This document shows, one piece after another, positions 44,347 to 54,319 of a stretch of 64,000 nucleotides of DNA. This DNA is from an uncultured virus (IMG/VR IMGVR_UViG_3300018424_000013). Taxonomy: Duplodnaviria; Heunggongvirae; Uroviricota; Caudoviricetes. Numbering within the stretch: the first letter of the stretch is position 1; each line of letters opens with the position of its first letter. The stretch lies in IMG/VR virus record IMGVR_UViG_3300018424_000013. One strand, 5' to 3'. Both the position numbers and the translations under genes were made by a program. Below the pieces are notes generated by a model. That model was not told the DNA's origin. It was given only the letters and a program-made list of their open reading frames with translations, and ran no database searches.

Positions 44347-46161
44347 TTATTTTTTAATACCAGCGAGTACCTGCCATCGATCTAACTCAGTTCCAATTTT
44401 AGCAGGAGACCCACTACGGACTGATTTGCTTGATCCAGATCCTATTATACGCCCTTCAGACAATCGACGTGCACTGCCCTTAGTGTTACGTCTCTGAAGT
44501 GATTCTGTCAAAGAAGTAAATAACAATTTTGCTTCACGTACTGTTTTAGCATTATCGAGAGCCTCAACAATAGCACGTTGTTGTTTCTTTGACAAGTTAT
44601 GGTTTTGTAAAAGTTTATTAACATAAAGCAACTTTGCGTTAAAAAGATTCGACTCACGCAATTCTTTTTTAGCAGCTATTGCTTTTCTTTCTGCAATTCG
44701 AGCTCTGCGTCTTTCTCTACGCAATCGAGCTTCAGGTACAACACCTTTTTGAATTGATCCACCACCAAAGTGACCAACCATTTTATCTGCGCCGCCTTCT
44801 GCATGCTCAGAGTTGATAGTCATATCATGAGCATCACCTAGCTCTTCAGCCAATGCATTAAGCAATGATTCTTCAGAAACATCTACGAACATATCTTTCT
44901 CAGCTTTTCCACCACCAAAAGAAGATGCTGCATCTTTAGCTTCGCTTTCTCTTAATCTACGTCTTCTTCTAGGTGTTCTTCTACGACGTCTTTTCGACTC
45001 ATTCATTTTTCTAAGTTCTCTTCGAAGCATAGATTCAGAAATTTCAACAACTTCTTTCTCATCTTCTTCAGCCATGTAACCTTCATCGGCATCAGCATCA
45101 TCAGCATCATCGGCATCAGCATCATCGTCTCCAAAATCTTCATCATCGAAGTCCATGTCTTCATCATCTCCGAAGTCCATGTCTTCATCATCTGCTCCAC
45201 CTTCATCTACTTCTAAACCAACGGCCGCAGCAAGATCTTCGACAGCAGATTTAATCGCATCAACATCGACGTCTATTTCTTCGTCTTCACCCATGTCTTC
45301 ATCATCCATGTCAAAGTCTTCTTCGTCTCCGCCTTCTTCTTCATCATCGAATCCAGCTTCTGCTTCTTCTGCTTCTTTTTCATCGCCCTCAGCTTCAAAC
45401 AACCACCAGGCGTTTTCATTAAGTCGACTACGTCGACGATTTCTTCTATTCATATTACTCTCCTTTAGTAACTTAGAAATACCCTCAGTGAGGACTGTTT
45501 TTGTTCCATTGTTTATAAGTATTAACTGTTTTTTAATTTTCGCTAATTCAGATAAAATTTTCTTTTGCTGGCGTCTATTTTTTGACTCTGCTAATTTTGC
45601 AATAAGGAAACCAGCTCTATCTTTCATAAGCTTATATCTCTTTCTACCAGACAAATGTTTTAAATTTTTATTTGCTGCTTGCTCAACAGTGATATTAAAA
45701 GTAACATTTTTACCACTATCACTATCAGGCATTGACATATCAGTGTCGACAGATATTGGTTCATCATTTGCAGAAAAATCAACATCCATATCATAGTCAC
45801 TTCCTGCATCTTCCATACCTAAATCATCTGACATACCATCTAGATTGAATTCTACATCAGAACCATAGTCTCCACCCGGATCATAAGCTTCATCTTCCAT
45901 GTCTAATTCGTCATCTAAATCATCCATTTCATCATCGATGTCATCATCTAAATCATCGTCATCTAGATCATCTAAATCATCTTGATCATCAATTAAATCT
46001 TCCATATCATCATCAACAAGCTCATCACCCTCTAATTCTTGCTCAATAAGTCTTCTTATTTTTGGTGTTACTGCTTCTATAATTTTATTAGTAGCGTTTG
46101 CTTCTGCAATTTCTTTGAGTTTCTTAGCATCAGCAATAGCTTGCTCATATATACTTTTCAC
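44347..46161 (-). CDS. prohead core/scaffold protein (gp22-like)
   Basis: Directly upstream of MCP; YEQAIADAKKLKE.A..NA, acidic tracts, NLFNAKLLYVNKL, LDNAKTVREAKL, RWQVLAGI. Confidence 0.8.
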   Translation of the reverse strand: MKSIYEQAIADAKKLKEIAEANATNKIIEAVTPKIRRLIEQELEGDELVDDDMEDLIDDQDDLDDLDDDDLDDDIDDEMDDLDDELDMEDEAYDPGGDYGSDVEFNLDGMSDDLGMEDAGSDYDMDVDFSANDEPISVDTDMSMPDSDSGKNVTFNITVEQAANKNLKHLSGRKRYKLMKDRAGFLIAKLAESKNRRQQKKILSELAKIKKQLILINNGTKTVLTEGISKLLKESNMNRRNRRRSRLNENAWWLFEAEGDEKEAEEAEAGFDDEEEGGDEEDFDMDDEDMGEDEEIDVDVDAIKSAVEDLAAAVGLEVDEGGADDEDMDFGDDEDMDFDDEDFGDDDADADDADDADADEGYMAEEDEKEVVEISESMLRRELRKMNESKRRRRRTPRRRRRLRESEAKDAASSFGGGKAEKDMFVDVSEESLLNALAEELGDAHDMTINSEHAEGGADKMVGHFGGGSIQKGVVPEARLRRERRRARIAERKAIAAKKELRESNLFNAKLLYVNKLLQNHNLSKKQQRAIVEALDNAKTVREAKLLFTSLTESLQRRNTKGSARRLSEGRIIGSGSSKSVRSGSPAKIGTELDRWQVLAGIKK

Positions 46162-46212
46162 AACATTTCTCCGTAAAAACTATTCATTAATTATTACCTA
46201 AAATAAGATAAA

Positions 46213-46464
46213 CTATTTTTTTTGTGATTTTTTAGCCCTTCTAATGCCCGCCTTAATTTTAGCCCGTCTTTTTTGACCGCGAGTTATAGGAGCAACCTTA
46301 TCTCTTAATTCCTTTATAATGCCGCTTTGTTTAAATTTTTTCTGAAACTTTTTAACTAACAACATGTTTTGATCTTCTAAACTCATGTCTTGAAACTTTG
46401 CTTTTTTCTTGTTAAATTTGTGCCTAACAGTAAAATTACCCTTAGAGTGACCTTTTTTTGACAT
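46213..46464 (-). CDS. rpsU: phage-encoded ribosomal protein bS21 (divergent)
   Basis: FTVR...LVKKFQKKFKQSGIIKELRDK...QKRRAK..AGIRR aligns by eye to the bS21 consensus; head-module location is typical of phage bS21. Confidence 0.72.
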   Translation of the reverse strand: MSKKGHSKGNFTVRHKFNKKKAKFQDMSLEDQNMLLVKKFQKKFKQSGIIKELRDKVAPITRGQKRRAKIKAGIRRAKKSQKK

Positions 46465-47043
46465 TTACACCTCAATTAAATTTCTTATATATTTTCTTAA
46501 AAGATTTTCTTGTTGGACATTAGCAACGTCCTCTAAATTATATATATCTTCCTCATTTTCATTTTCATCATAATGGTTGCCATCATAGCTTAAAATTGTA
46601 GAAAAACCATCATTGCTACCATAAGTGTCTGGCACAGTACTGTGCTTGACTGCAGGGATAACCTTTCCAGTTTTAGTGCCACCAACAGCACTTCTTTTAA
46701 AGTTTTTACCATACAATTTACTGTGTGGTATAGGACTTATAGACGTCGCTTCACCTAGTTTAGTATTCCCACCAGCAAAAGAAAAAGGATCATAATGCCC
46801 ACCACCATGATCATAGTCTCTCGGACCCTGTTGTTTATCAGAAACAGCTGCTATATCTTCTTCATCGACATCAGCGTCTTCCCAGTCAAAATCGCTATCT
46901 TCTTCCCACGTATACGGGTAGTTGTTACCCATACTTTTCATTCCATAAGTAGGTCGGAGACGACCATAACCTAGCCCGTCTCTACTGTCACCATGACTGG
47001 CCGGAAAATTTCCGCCTCCGATTGATACTTTTGAATGTGTCAT
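46465..47043 (-). CDS. hypothetical head-associated protein
   Basis: DSRDGLGYGR, acidic tracts, C-terminal LLRKYIRNLIE. Confidence 0.65.
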   Translation of the reverse strand: MTHSKVSIGGGNFPASHGDSRDGLGYGRLRPTYGMKSMGNNYPYTWEEDSDFDWEDADVDEEDIAAVSDKQQGPRDYDHGGGHYDPFSFAGGNTKLGEATSISPIPHSKLYGKNFKRSAVGGTKTGKVIPAVKHSTVPDTYGSNDGFSTILSYDGNHYDENENEEDIYNLEDVANVQQENLLRKYIRNLIEV

Positions 47044-47046
47044 TTA

Positions 47047-47562
47047 TTAACTTTTCGCACTAGCAGGGCTAACACCTTTTTGAAGAGTAGAAGGATCGCC
47101 TAAAGCAGCTTTTTCACTAGTTGATTTTGGATTACGCAGTACAATATTATCGCCTGTTCCAAAATTATCTTTTACAATAGCTTCTGCATCTTGCAAATGC
47201 TCACTAGGTGCTGGTTTAGAATCATCATCAAAAGAACCTTCACCGGGGGATCCTAGATTTGCCATAAAAGGATTAGATAAGTTTGCACCATCAACATCAA
47301 CTTCCGCATAACCGGGTGGTGAGATTGTTCCATCACCGGTAAAATCTCTATCATAACTAGCAAACATGTGCCCATTAATAACTTTACCAGTTAGCAATTC
47401 TTTTTTCTGTAAATCATGAACAGTCTGATCACCATAATCACCACTATAAGCCGGGCTACCTGGGTAGGCTGCAGCTAATCTGGCATGATTAGATCTACCT
47501 TTTTGTCCATCTTGACCGTTTTTATTTGATTCAACTAATGTGAAGCCTTTTCTTTTAGCCAT
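47047..47562 (-). CDS. hypothetical virion protein
   Basis: Gly/Pro-rich 171-aa ORF in head module. Confidence 0.65.
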   Translation of the reverse strand: MAKRKGFTLVESNKNGQDGQKGRSNHARLAAAYPGSPAYSGDYGDQTVHDLQKKELLTGKVINGHMFASYDRDFTGDGTISPPGYAEVDVDGANLSNPFMANLGSPGEGSFDDDSKPAPSEHLQDAEAIVKDNFGTGDNIVLRNPKSTSEKAALGDPSTLQKGVSPASAKS

Positions 47563-47574
47563 ATTATGTTACTC

Positions 47575-47886
47575 CTATAATTTTTTTGTTATTCTTCGAC
47601 GTAACTTATTCTTTGCTTCCTGCAACTTTAACATTTTTCTACGCATAATTTTATGTCTGCGATTTAGTTTTGCTTCATGAATTTTTAAAGCTTTCATAAA
47701 ATCTATATCTTGCTCAATACTATCAGCATACTCAGATGCATCTACTTCTTCAGCTTTGACTTTTGAAATATCTTCAACTTTGCCAGTTAATGCTTCCATT
47801 TGCAATTTTTTCACTTCACTTAAGATTAATCTCTTAAGCTCTGCGGCCGACATCTTTTTTACTTTTTTTGTGCGTCTTTTTCTCAT
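47575..47886 (-). CDS. hypothetical basic head-associated protein
   Basis: LKRLILSEVKKLQME helix; basic termini. Confidence 0.65.
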   Translation of the reverse strand: MRKRRTKKVKKMSAAELKRLILSEVKKLQMEALTGKVEDISKVKAEEVDASEYADSIEQDIDFMKALKIHEAKLNRRHKIMRRKMLKLQEAKNKLRRRITKKL

Positions 47887-47924
47887 AACATATCTCCAGA
47901 AAAGTGTACTTACCTAATTATATA

Positions 47925-48392
47925 TTAACTCGGTTTTTTATCCATAAATGCTAAATTAGCCCAACGACTTGAATTTTCAAACAAGTCCATAGGGTCATTC
48001 TCATTTGCAATTCTAGCATATGTGTCATTTCCACCTACAGGGCCAGAAATACTACCGCGCTTTCCTTCAACTTGTTCCACCAAAGTAGTCTTAGCTGTAT
48101 CCGCAAAAATACTTTGCATTACACTATCAGATGTTATATCAGAAAAATCTTGTTTTACTTGAGGCTGTGAATTAACACGAACTTTATCTAATTCATCTCT
48201 TTGTTTTTGTATTTGCTGCATTTTTTGTTTATAAGCATTGCTAGTTTTTTTCTTCGTACGTTTAGGTTCAATATCAGATCTATAAAACGACTCTTCCAGA
48301 ATATCTCCTTCGTCGCCAATTCCTTCTACTAATATTTCTACTAAGCATTCTTTGATTAGTTGCTTTAAAGCTTTTTTATTTAATTTAGCCAC
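47925..48392 (-). CDS. hypothetical head-associated protein
   Basis: LKQLIKECLVEILVEG; ends RWANLAF; GGAGG SD with GTG start. Confidence 0.68.
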   Translation of the reverse strand: MAKLNKKALKQLIKECLVEILVEGIGDEGDILEESFYRSDIEPKRTKKKTSNAYKQKMQQIQKQRDELDKVRVNSQPQVKQDFSDITSDSVMQSIFADTAKTTLVEQVEGKRGSISGPVGGNDTYARIANENDPMDLFENSSRWANLAFMDKKPS

Positions 48393-48412
48393 GTGGCCTC
48401 CATAATATTTTA

Positions 48413-48826
48413 TTAAACATCCGAGAAGTTTGTTAGATTAAGAGCACTGCCAGACAGGATATTTGAAGTCAAACCTGCCATGATTTGACAGTCACCAACA
48501 GAAGTAAACCAAATACCATTTGTCATTACTTCAATTCTAGGTGACATTTCACCACTAGGCACAGTAATAAAATTACCACTACCGATGCCACCTTCAGTAA
48601 AAGCTAACTGTACATTTCCTCCAGTAGCACTTACAATTATCCATCTACTTATAGTTTCAAAACTTAGGTTTACGTTTGACTGTGCGCCAGTGTAAGCTTT
48701 TACTAAAGGTATACCAGATACTTGATACGATGGTACATTAAACAAGCCTGAACTCATGCTTTGTTGTGAACCCGTAAAAGCAGGCAAGGTGCCATCTAAT
48801 CTTTTATCTATATCAAAATAAGCCAT
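48413..48826 (-). CDS. small beta-rich virion protein (possible head decoration)
   Basis: GLFNVPSYQVSGIP, beta-strand-rich; next to prohead protease. Confidence 0.6.
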   Translation of the reverse strand: MAYFDIDKRLDGTLPAFTGSQQSMSSGLFNVPSYQVSGIPLVKAYTGAQSNVNLSFETISRWIIVSATGGNVQLAFTEGGIGSGNFITVPSGEMSPRIEVMTNGIWFTSVGDCQIMAGLTSNILSGSALNLTNFSDV

Positions 48827-48828
48827 TA

Positions 48829-49440
48829 TTATTTTCTCCAACTTAAGATATCATTACAGATTCTATCTATTCTATCTGATTTATTAAATCTTTTATTTAA
48901 ATCTTTTTTACTAACTTCTTTACCTTCTTTCATCATAAATGCGCCCGGTGTAGATGGTTCAGAAACGAAGTCCCAACAAATTAATTGAAAATCATCCTGC
49001 ACAACTTGATTATCACCTTCTCTTCTAGTTGATCCAACACCACGTGAAGATATCCCTAATGTAACTCCAGTGTCAATAAGCGATTGCAATATTTTCCCAG
49101 ATGGCGTGTCTAAAATTTCCACTGTGCCATAACATATATCACCTTCCATATATGCTTCTCTGACAATGTGTGATGCGTTTTTCAGCTCAACAACACTAGA
49201 ATCAGGGTGGTCTAACTCGCCTAAGGCTCTGTTTTCAGCAATAAATTTTTGATAATTTCTAACTTCTCTTTCTAAAATTTCTAATGGGTATATTCTGCCG
49301 TTTTGATTTAACGTATTAGCTTTTTGAAGAATTCCTCTCATGATGTATTTTCCATCACCCTTTGCTCTCTCTTGCAGCATTTTATCTTTATCAAAATCCC
49401 ATGGTGCCCACTCTGTAAGTACTTTTAGATTACTCATCAT
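48829..49440 (-). CDS. prohead core protease (T4 gp21-like)
   Basis: GILQKA..NQNGRIYP, ALGELDHP, ILDTPSGKI, LGISSRGVGS, DFVSEPSTPGA. Confidence 0.95.
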   Translation of the reverse strand: MMSNLKVLTEWAPWDFDKDKMLQERAKGDGKYIMRGILQKANTLNQNGRIYPLEILEREVRNYQKFIAENRALGELDHPDSSVVELKNASHIVREAYMEGDICYGTVEILDTPSGKILQSLIDTGVTLGISSRGVGSTRREGDNQVVQDDFQLICWDFVSEPSTPGAFMMKEGKEVSKKDLNKRFNKSDRIDRICNDILSWRK

Positions 49441-50272
49441 TTGTCTCCAGTTCCTGTACTAACTGACACATCTGCATAAACTTAGCAATTGTATCATCTT
49501 TAACGTTAGCTACATCGATTTTTTCTATATCATTTTTAACTTCATTTAACTTAGTATTAACAAACTTATTAGTACTAGAAACATTGTATCTAGATATTTC
49601 GTTAAGCGTTTTCTGCTTAATATTTTTAATAGCATGTAAAAAACTATTTTTTTGACCTGATTGGAAAAATACATATTCTTTAATCAACATTTTTTGAGTA
49701 TCATCTAAATTTTTGTATTTTTGGTTAAACTTTTCTGTCATAATTTTAACAACTAACGTTTCCGCTTCCGGTGTTTTCAAAGTTTCTAAATCAGTTTCAA
49801 CCTTAGCTTCCATGAGAATATCATGGCATTTGGACTCGTACAATGCTAATTTAGATATATCAGGGTTTTTTGTTCTCCACATATCTAAAGTTGATTGGAC
49901 TGTGGCAAACTTTTTGTATTGAGACAACTTACTGCTATATACTTCTTTACCCAAAGTGTAATTAATTTCTTTTATCAATCTTGATTTTTCTTTATTAAGT
50001 AAACTAGCATTAAAATTCTTACTGGCATATTTTGCTTCTTCTAAGATCTTTGTTGCTAAACTGCCATCTTTTATTTCAACATTGACCAAAGCTTTAAATA
50101 ATTTATGTTCTTTATAAAGTTCAGTACCTGGTTTAAAAAATTTTTTAATAATTTTTTTTGTGTTATTTGCCGTTATAAAATTATCTTCGACTAATGCTTT
50201 GCTAAGTGTATACACTAGTTGTTCGTAGACAATCCCGACATTTCGTTTTTTGTTGTGGGATTTTTTAGTCAT
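49430..50272 (-). CDS. conserved hypothetical protein between portal and protease
   Basis: HNKKRNVGIVYEQL, LNKEKSRLIKEIN, KFNQKY; start MTKKSH at 50272. Confidence 0.75.
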   Translation of the reverse strand: MTKKSHNKKRNVGIVYEQLVYTLSKALVEDNFITANNTKKIIKKFFKPGTELYKEHKLFKALVNVEIKDGSLATKILEEAKYASKNFNASLLNKEKSRLIKEINYTLGKEVYSSKLSQYKKFATVQSTLDMWRTKNPDISKLALYESKCHDILMEAKVETDLETLKTPEAETLVVKIMTEKFNQKYKNLDDTQKMLIKEYVFFQSGQKNSFLHAIKNIKQKTLNEISRYNVSSTNKFVNTKLNEVKNDIEKIDVANVKDDTIAKFMQMCQLVQELETNDE

Positions 50273-52256
50273 CCTGATCCTCCAAATCAATATCTATTTC
50301 AAACTCTTCATCTTTATTTTCTTTTATTAACTTCTTAACACCAAACTTAGAATTCATTTTCTCAAACATTCTTTGTATAGAATAATCCATAACTGGTCTA
50401 TAACCTATATATGTATCTTCTTCCTCTTCTTCTTGATCAAAACCTAAAATTGAATCTGCTAAACGCAAATTTTCTCCATATATGTTACCAAAAGGATTTT
50501 TTAAAAACTCTTTTGTTGTGTTTCTGTTACTAGTTACACTAACCATGTTCATCCCGGATAGTTTACCCGGTGACAAAGTTTCTTTCTTTTCTCTTTTGCG
50601 ACTAGTTTTTAATGGTTCACCAAAAACATTTTTCTTAACAGATTTTTCCGGCTGTATTTTATAGTTGTCTATTTTATCATATACAAAATCGATATCTTCG
50701 TCTTCATCTTCATCTATTAGATCACCAACAACAGCTTCCGACTCTCTAAAATTGTCTGCAGCTAAATTATTAAGCAATGGTCCCTCAGGTTTGTCTCCGC
50801 TAAACAAACCACCCATTCCACCAGCGTCTCCACCAGCATCACCACCTTCCTCTCCACCAGCACTCCCAGCAGCTTCTAATGCAGCATCATCTAATTTCTC
50901 TTTCATTTTTTGCTTTTGAATTAATTCAATTTGGTTTTTAGTAAATGAAAAAACATTTTTATATAACCATGTTTTTGACACCATTCCTTCAGGTGCACTT
51001 CCAGCAATATCAAACTTAGTCTTAATTAATTCAAGCTTTTGTTGTTGTGCTAAAGAAGATGGATTAGACAAACTTAATGAAAAGTTTAACAACTCTTCAC
51101 CTTCAAACCCATGCGAATACAAGTGTATCATGGCTAGCTTATTTAACTCAGCAATAACAGTTTTCTGAATACGCTGAATTGTTCTACTAAATCTAACATC
51201 TTCTTGTGCCAATGTCGCTTTAGCACCTGTGTCTTCATCATACCCTAAATAAGCTTTTGGTATCTTAAGCGCAGCAAACAGTTTTTTCTGCACGTATTGT
51301 ACATCTTCAATGGCAGAAGCATTTTGCCCACCAGCCAAATTATCAATCCTAGTACCAGAATCACCACCTCTTACTGGGATAAAGTAATCTTCATCGACAG
51401 CCATTGGATTATATCTTAAATCTACTTGGCCAGTTGTTTTGTTAACAACAGAGTCTCTTTTTAAACTAGTTTTTGCTTGCTCTACGTATGTTGCTATATC
51501 TTCTGGCGGCACATTACCAACATCAATATAAAAAACACGTCTTTCAGGCGCCCTGATTACACGATATACTAACATAGCGTCTTCTATTAATATAAGCTGT
51601 CGCCATATTCTACGAGCTGATTCCAGCACAGATGACCCATATGGTAAAAATGCATCATTTCCCAAAAGCCTAAAATGTGTAATCTGCCAGTTTTCTAAAG
51701 TCTGATTGCCTTGTGTTATCCATCTAAACCTAACAGCTGAAGGATCATCTGCATCATAACCTTCTTCACGCTCGATTTCAGTTATAGGTATAGGATATGC
51801 ATTAATAACGCCGTATTCCGGATGCACATCATTAAAAAGAAAGAAGTCACCATACTTACACAAGTTTCTAACCCACATAACCAGGTTAAAATCAATGTTA
51901 AGAGTATCGTAAAAAAGTGTTTCTAATAATTCTTTCACTATTCTATTGTCAGAATATATGTGCAAAACTCTTCCTTCAGCATCTTGTGAAACAGTCTCTT
52001 CTGCATATATGTCAAGAGCTGAGGCTAGTTCTGGCGTACTTTCCATTTCTGAAAAATCACTATATCTAGCCATTCTATCGAATGTGCCATAAGCACTTAA
52101 TGTAGTGTTATAAACATCAGAGTGATGTTTTTTAAATAACTCAACAGCCGAGCTAGCATTTTTATCTGCTTTAGTATATGTCCTAACCTTTCTTTTAATT
52201 GTAGGCCCAGATCTGAAAAGCTTCGTTAATCTGTTGAATAGTGTTTCTTCCGCCAT
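50265..52256 (-). CDS. portal protein (T4 gp20-like)
   Basis: PELASALDIYAEE, YGSSVLE..RRIWRQLILIEDAMLVYR..RAPERRVFYIDVGN, EDYFIPVRG, ALKIPK. Confidence 0.96.
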   Translation of the reverse strand: MAEETLFNRLTKLFRSGPTIKRKVRTYTKADKNASSAVELFKKHHSDVYNTTLSAYGTFDRMARYSDFSEMESTPELASALDIYAEETVSQDAEGRVLHIYSDNRIVKELLETLFYDTLNIDFNLVMWVRNLCKYGDFFLFNDVHPEYGVINAYPIPITEIEREEGYDADDPSAVRFRWITQGNQTLENWQITHFRLLGNDAFLPYGSSVLESARRIWRQLILIEDAMLVYRVIRAPERRVFYIDVGNVPPEDIATYVEQAKTSLKRDSVVNKTTGQVDLRYNPMAVDEDYFIPVRGGDSGTRIDNLAGGQNASAIEDVQYVQKKLFAALKIPKAYLGYDEDTGAKATLAQEDVRFSRTIQRIQKTVIAELNKLAMIHLYSHGFEGEELLNFSLSLSNPSSLAQQQKLELIKTKFDIAGSAPEGMVSKTWLYKNVFSFTKNQIELIQKQKMKEKLDDAALEAAGSAGGEEGGDAGGDAGGMGGLFSGDKPEGPLLNNLAADNFRESEAVVGDLIDEDEDEDIDFVYDKIDNYKIQPEKSVKKNVFGEPLKTSRKREKKETLSPGKLSGMNMVSVTSNRNTTKEFLKNPFGNIYGENLRLADSILGFDQEEEEEDTYIGYRPVMDYSIQRMFEKMNSKFGVKKLIKENKDEEFEIDIDLEDQDD

Positions 52257-52294
52257 AATAACCCTCACATATAATTATACTACACTATTATTTT

Positions 52295-53890
52295 TTATAG
52301 CAACCAGTTAAATTCATCATCATCTTTATTAGATAACCTTGGATCTTTTACAATTCTTACATGTCTGCCATTAGAATCTTTGACATCAGTAGTGTTTTTA
52401 TTTTCCTGGTCTAATATTGTATCATTAAACTTCACAGAGTTAACAGAAAAAGCACCTAACATTGCTTTATTTACATCAAACCCTTGTTTCGATAACTGTG
52501 GTGATGTATCATACAACCACACACCAATAGCTAGTGCCATGACTAAGTCATCATGACAACCTTTTCTTGCTTGCGCTTTTTTACCAACCCATACAAAAGT
52601 TTTTAATTCTTCATACAACCTTTCTGAATATACTTTAATTTGTTTTGTACGCAGTACTTCTTCTAGTTTTGTTAAGATTTGCGGCCTAGTTTTTGAGTTA
52701 GTTTGAAAACCTATTTTTCCTATATCCACTGACCCATATAATGCTGCATATCTATCTTTTTCAGATGCGTAATACATATTCTTGTAATCTAATTCAACCA
52801 TCTTCATAATCAAAGCATAACCATAAGAATTGTTTTCAGGGCATATTAAAGCATTATTGTATCTTTTCCCGGCTTCTGCTAAAATTTGCGCAAATTGATC
52901 GGGTGGTGCTAAACCCCTGTATTCGCAAACTATTTCACTGTTTTCTGTGTCAATTACATGAAAAGTAGAAAAATCTTTAGAATCACCTCTACTTACATCC
53001 GCACTAATGATATATTTTTTTTCCGATAAAGAATATTTCCATACCCAAACATTGTTATCTGGACCCCATTTTTCAATAGGCGGTTTTATCCAGCTTAACA
53101 TATATTCTATATCTTCTGGCCTTATAAAAGTTTCACCAGAAGATTGAAAATCGCATAATAGCTCTTGCGCAATTTGTTTCTGCGTCATGTTCCTGGTTTC
53201 ATTTTCAAACCATTCATCATCCCGATCAGGATGCACGTCCCACATTAATTTTATTGGATTAAAAACATTTGTTTTATTTGTTGCACCAATCCATAAATCA
53301 TAATATTGACCACCAACACCGTTTGGAGTTGAAAGTATAATTGCACTACCACCAGTTGACAGCGTTGGATATAAACCAGTCCATATAGTATCAAAGTTTC
53401 TTACAAACGCAGCTTCATCTACTATTAGCAAAGACAAAGCTTCCGAACGACCAGCATCATCAGAAGTTGGCACAGCTTTGATAACTGATCCATTAGAAAA
53501 CTCTATTGTTTGTTTATTGTTTCCAGATATCTCAGGCAGCAAAAGCCAATTAGGCATTGACTTTATTATAAATTTGACTTTTTTTATAAAGTTTTGTGCT
53601 ACACTAAGTTTAGTAGCAATAATCAATATATTTTTATCTTTGTGAAAAACAGCTAACCATGCAACATAACCCGCAGCTATAGTAGATAAACCTAACTGCC
53701 GGCTTTTTAAAACTATATTAAACCTATGCTCCCTAAATGCATCAACACAATCATTTTGAAAATCATAGGTTTTAAATGGTATAGATCCTCTTTCCGGATG
53801 TTGAATTTTAACATATTTGTTAAAAAAATAATCTGGATTCTTTCCACATTTTATAATTTCTGCTATTTGCTTCTGTTTATGTGTACTCAT
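52295..53890 (-). CDS. terL: terminase large subunit (T4 gp17-like)
   Basis: LKSRQLGLST, GRSEA..LIVDEAAF, STPNG, QELLCDF, ADVSRG..DFS, ENNSYG, HDDLVMA. Confidence 0.96.
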   Translation of the reverse strand: MSTHKQKQIAEIIKCGKNPDYFFNKYVKIQHPERGSIPFKTYDFQNDCVDAFREHRFNIVLKSRQLGLSTIAAGYVAWLAVFHKDKNILIIATKLSVAQNFIKKVKFIIKSMPNWLLLPEISGNNKQTIEFSNGSVIKAVPTSDDAGRSEALSLLIVDEAAFVRNFDTIWTGLYPTLSTGGSAIILSTPNGVGGQYYDLWIGATNKTNVFNPIKLMWDVHPDRDDEWFENETRNMTQKQIAQELLCDFQSSGETFIRPEDIEYMLSWIKPPIEKWGPDNNVWVWKYSLSEKKYIISADVSRGDSKDFSTFHVIDTENSEIVCEYRGLAPPDQFAQILAEAGKRYNNALICPENNSYGYALIMKMVELDYKNMYYASEKDRYAALYGSVDIGKIGFQTNSKTRPQILTKLEEVLRTKQIKVYSERLYEELKTFVWVGKKAQARKGCHDDLVMALAIGVWLYDTSPQLSKQGFDVNKAMLGAFSVNSVKFNDTILDQENKNTTDVKDSNGRHVRIVKDPRLSNKDDDEFNWLL

Positions 53891-53893
53891 ATT

Positions 53894-54295
53894 TTAATCA
53901 AATTGTGATAAATTTATAACATAAGTGTTACAACGATAATACTTGGCCCTAATTAAAGATGGATTATGTGAAATATGTTCGACAATAGCATCTTGAATAG
54001 GATCAGCTGTAATTTTTAAAGTTACACCAGTTATCTCTCTAAATTCTTTTTTGCAATCTTTAATTTTTTCATTGATTGCTTTAATAGATTGTGCATCTAA
54101 TTCTTTTTTCTGCATATCCATACCAATACGTGGGTTCCAATTACAAATAGATTCAAATCTAATTTCTAACTTAGTTTCACCTTTAACACCAGTAAGTAAT
54201 TTATGTCTGACAGCATGACCTGCATTAGACATAGACTGAGTGCCAAAAGTTGCATCTAGAATTTGATTTAAAGCGCGTACGTGTTCAAGTTTCAT
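53894..54295 (-). CDS. hypothetical protein upstream of TerL
   Basis: 133-aa ORF with GGAG SD, coupled to terL. Confidence 0.7.
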   Translation of the reverse strand: MKLEHVRALNQILDATFGTQSMSNAGHAVRHKLLTGVKGETKLEIRFESICNWNPRIGMDMQKKELDAQSIKAINEKIKDCKKEFREITGVTLKITADPIQDAIVEHISHNPSLIRAKYYRCNTYVINLSQFD

Positions 54296-54319
54296 GACTT
54301 ATTCTCCATAGTAACACTA

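Noticed and set aside
45155..45796. 213-aa Ser-rich plus-strand ORF and nearby short imperfect DNA repeats
   Set aside because: Reverse complement of GAT/GAA codon runs in the acidic scaffold; the repeats (e.g. DEDMDF twice) are coding, not a CRISPR array
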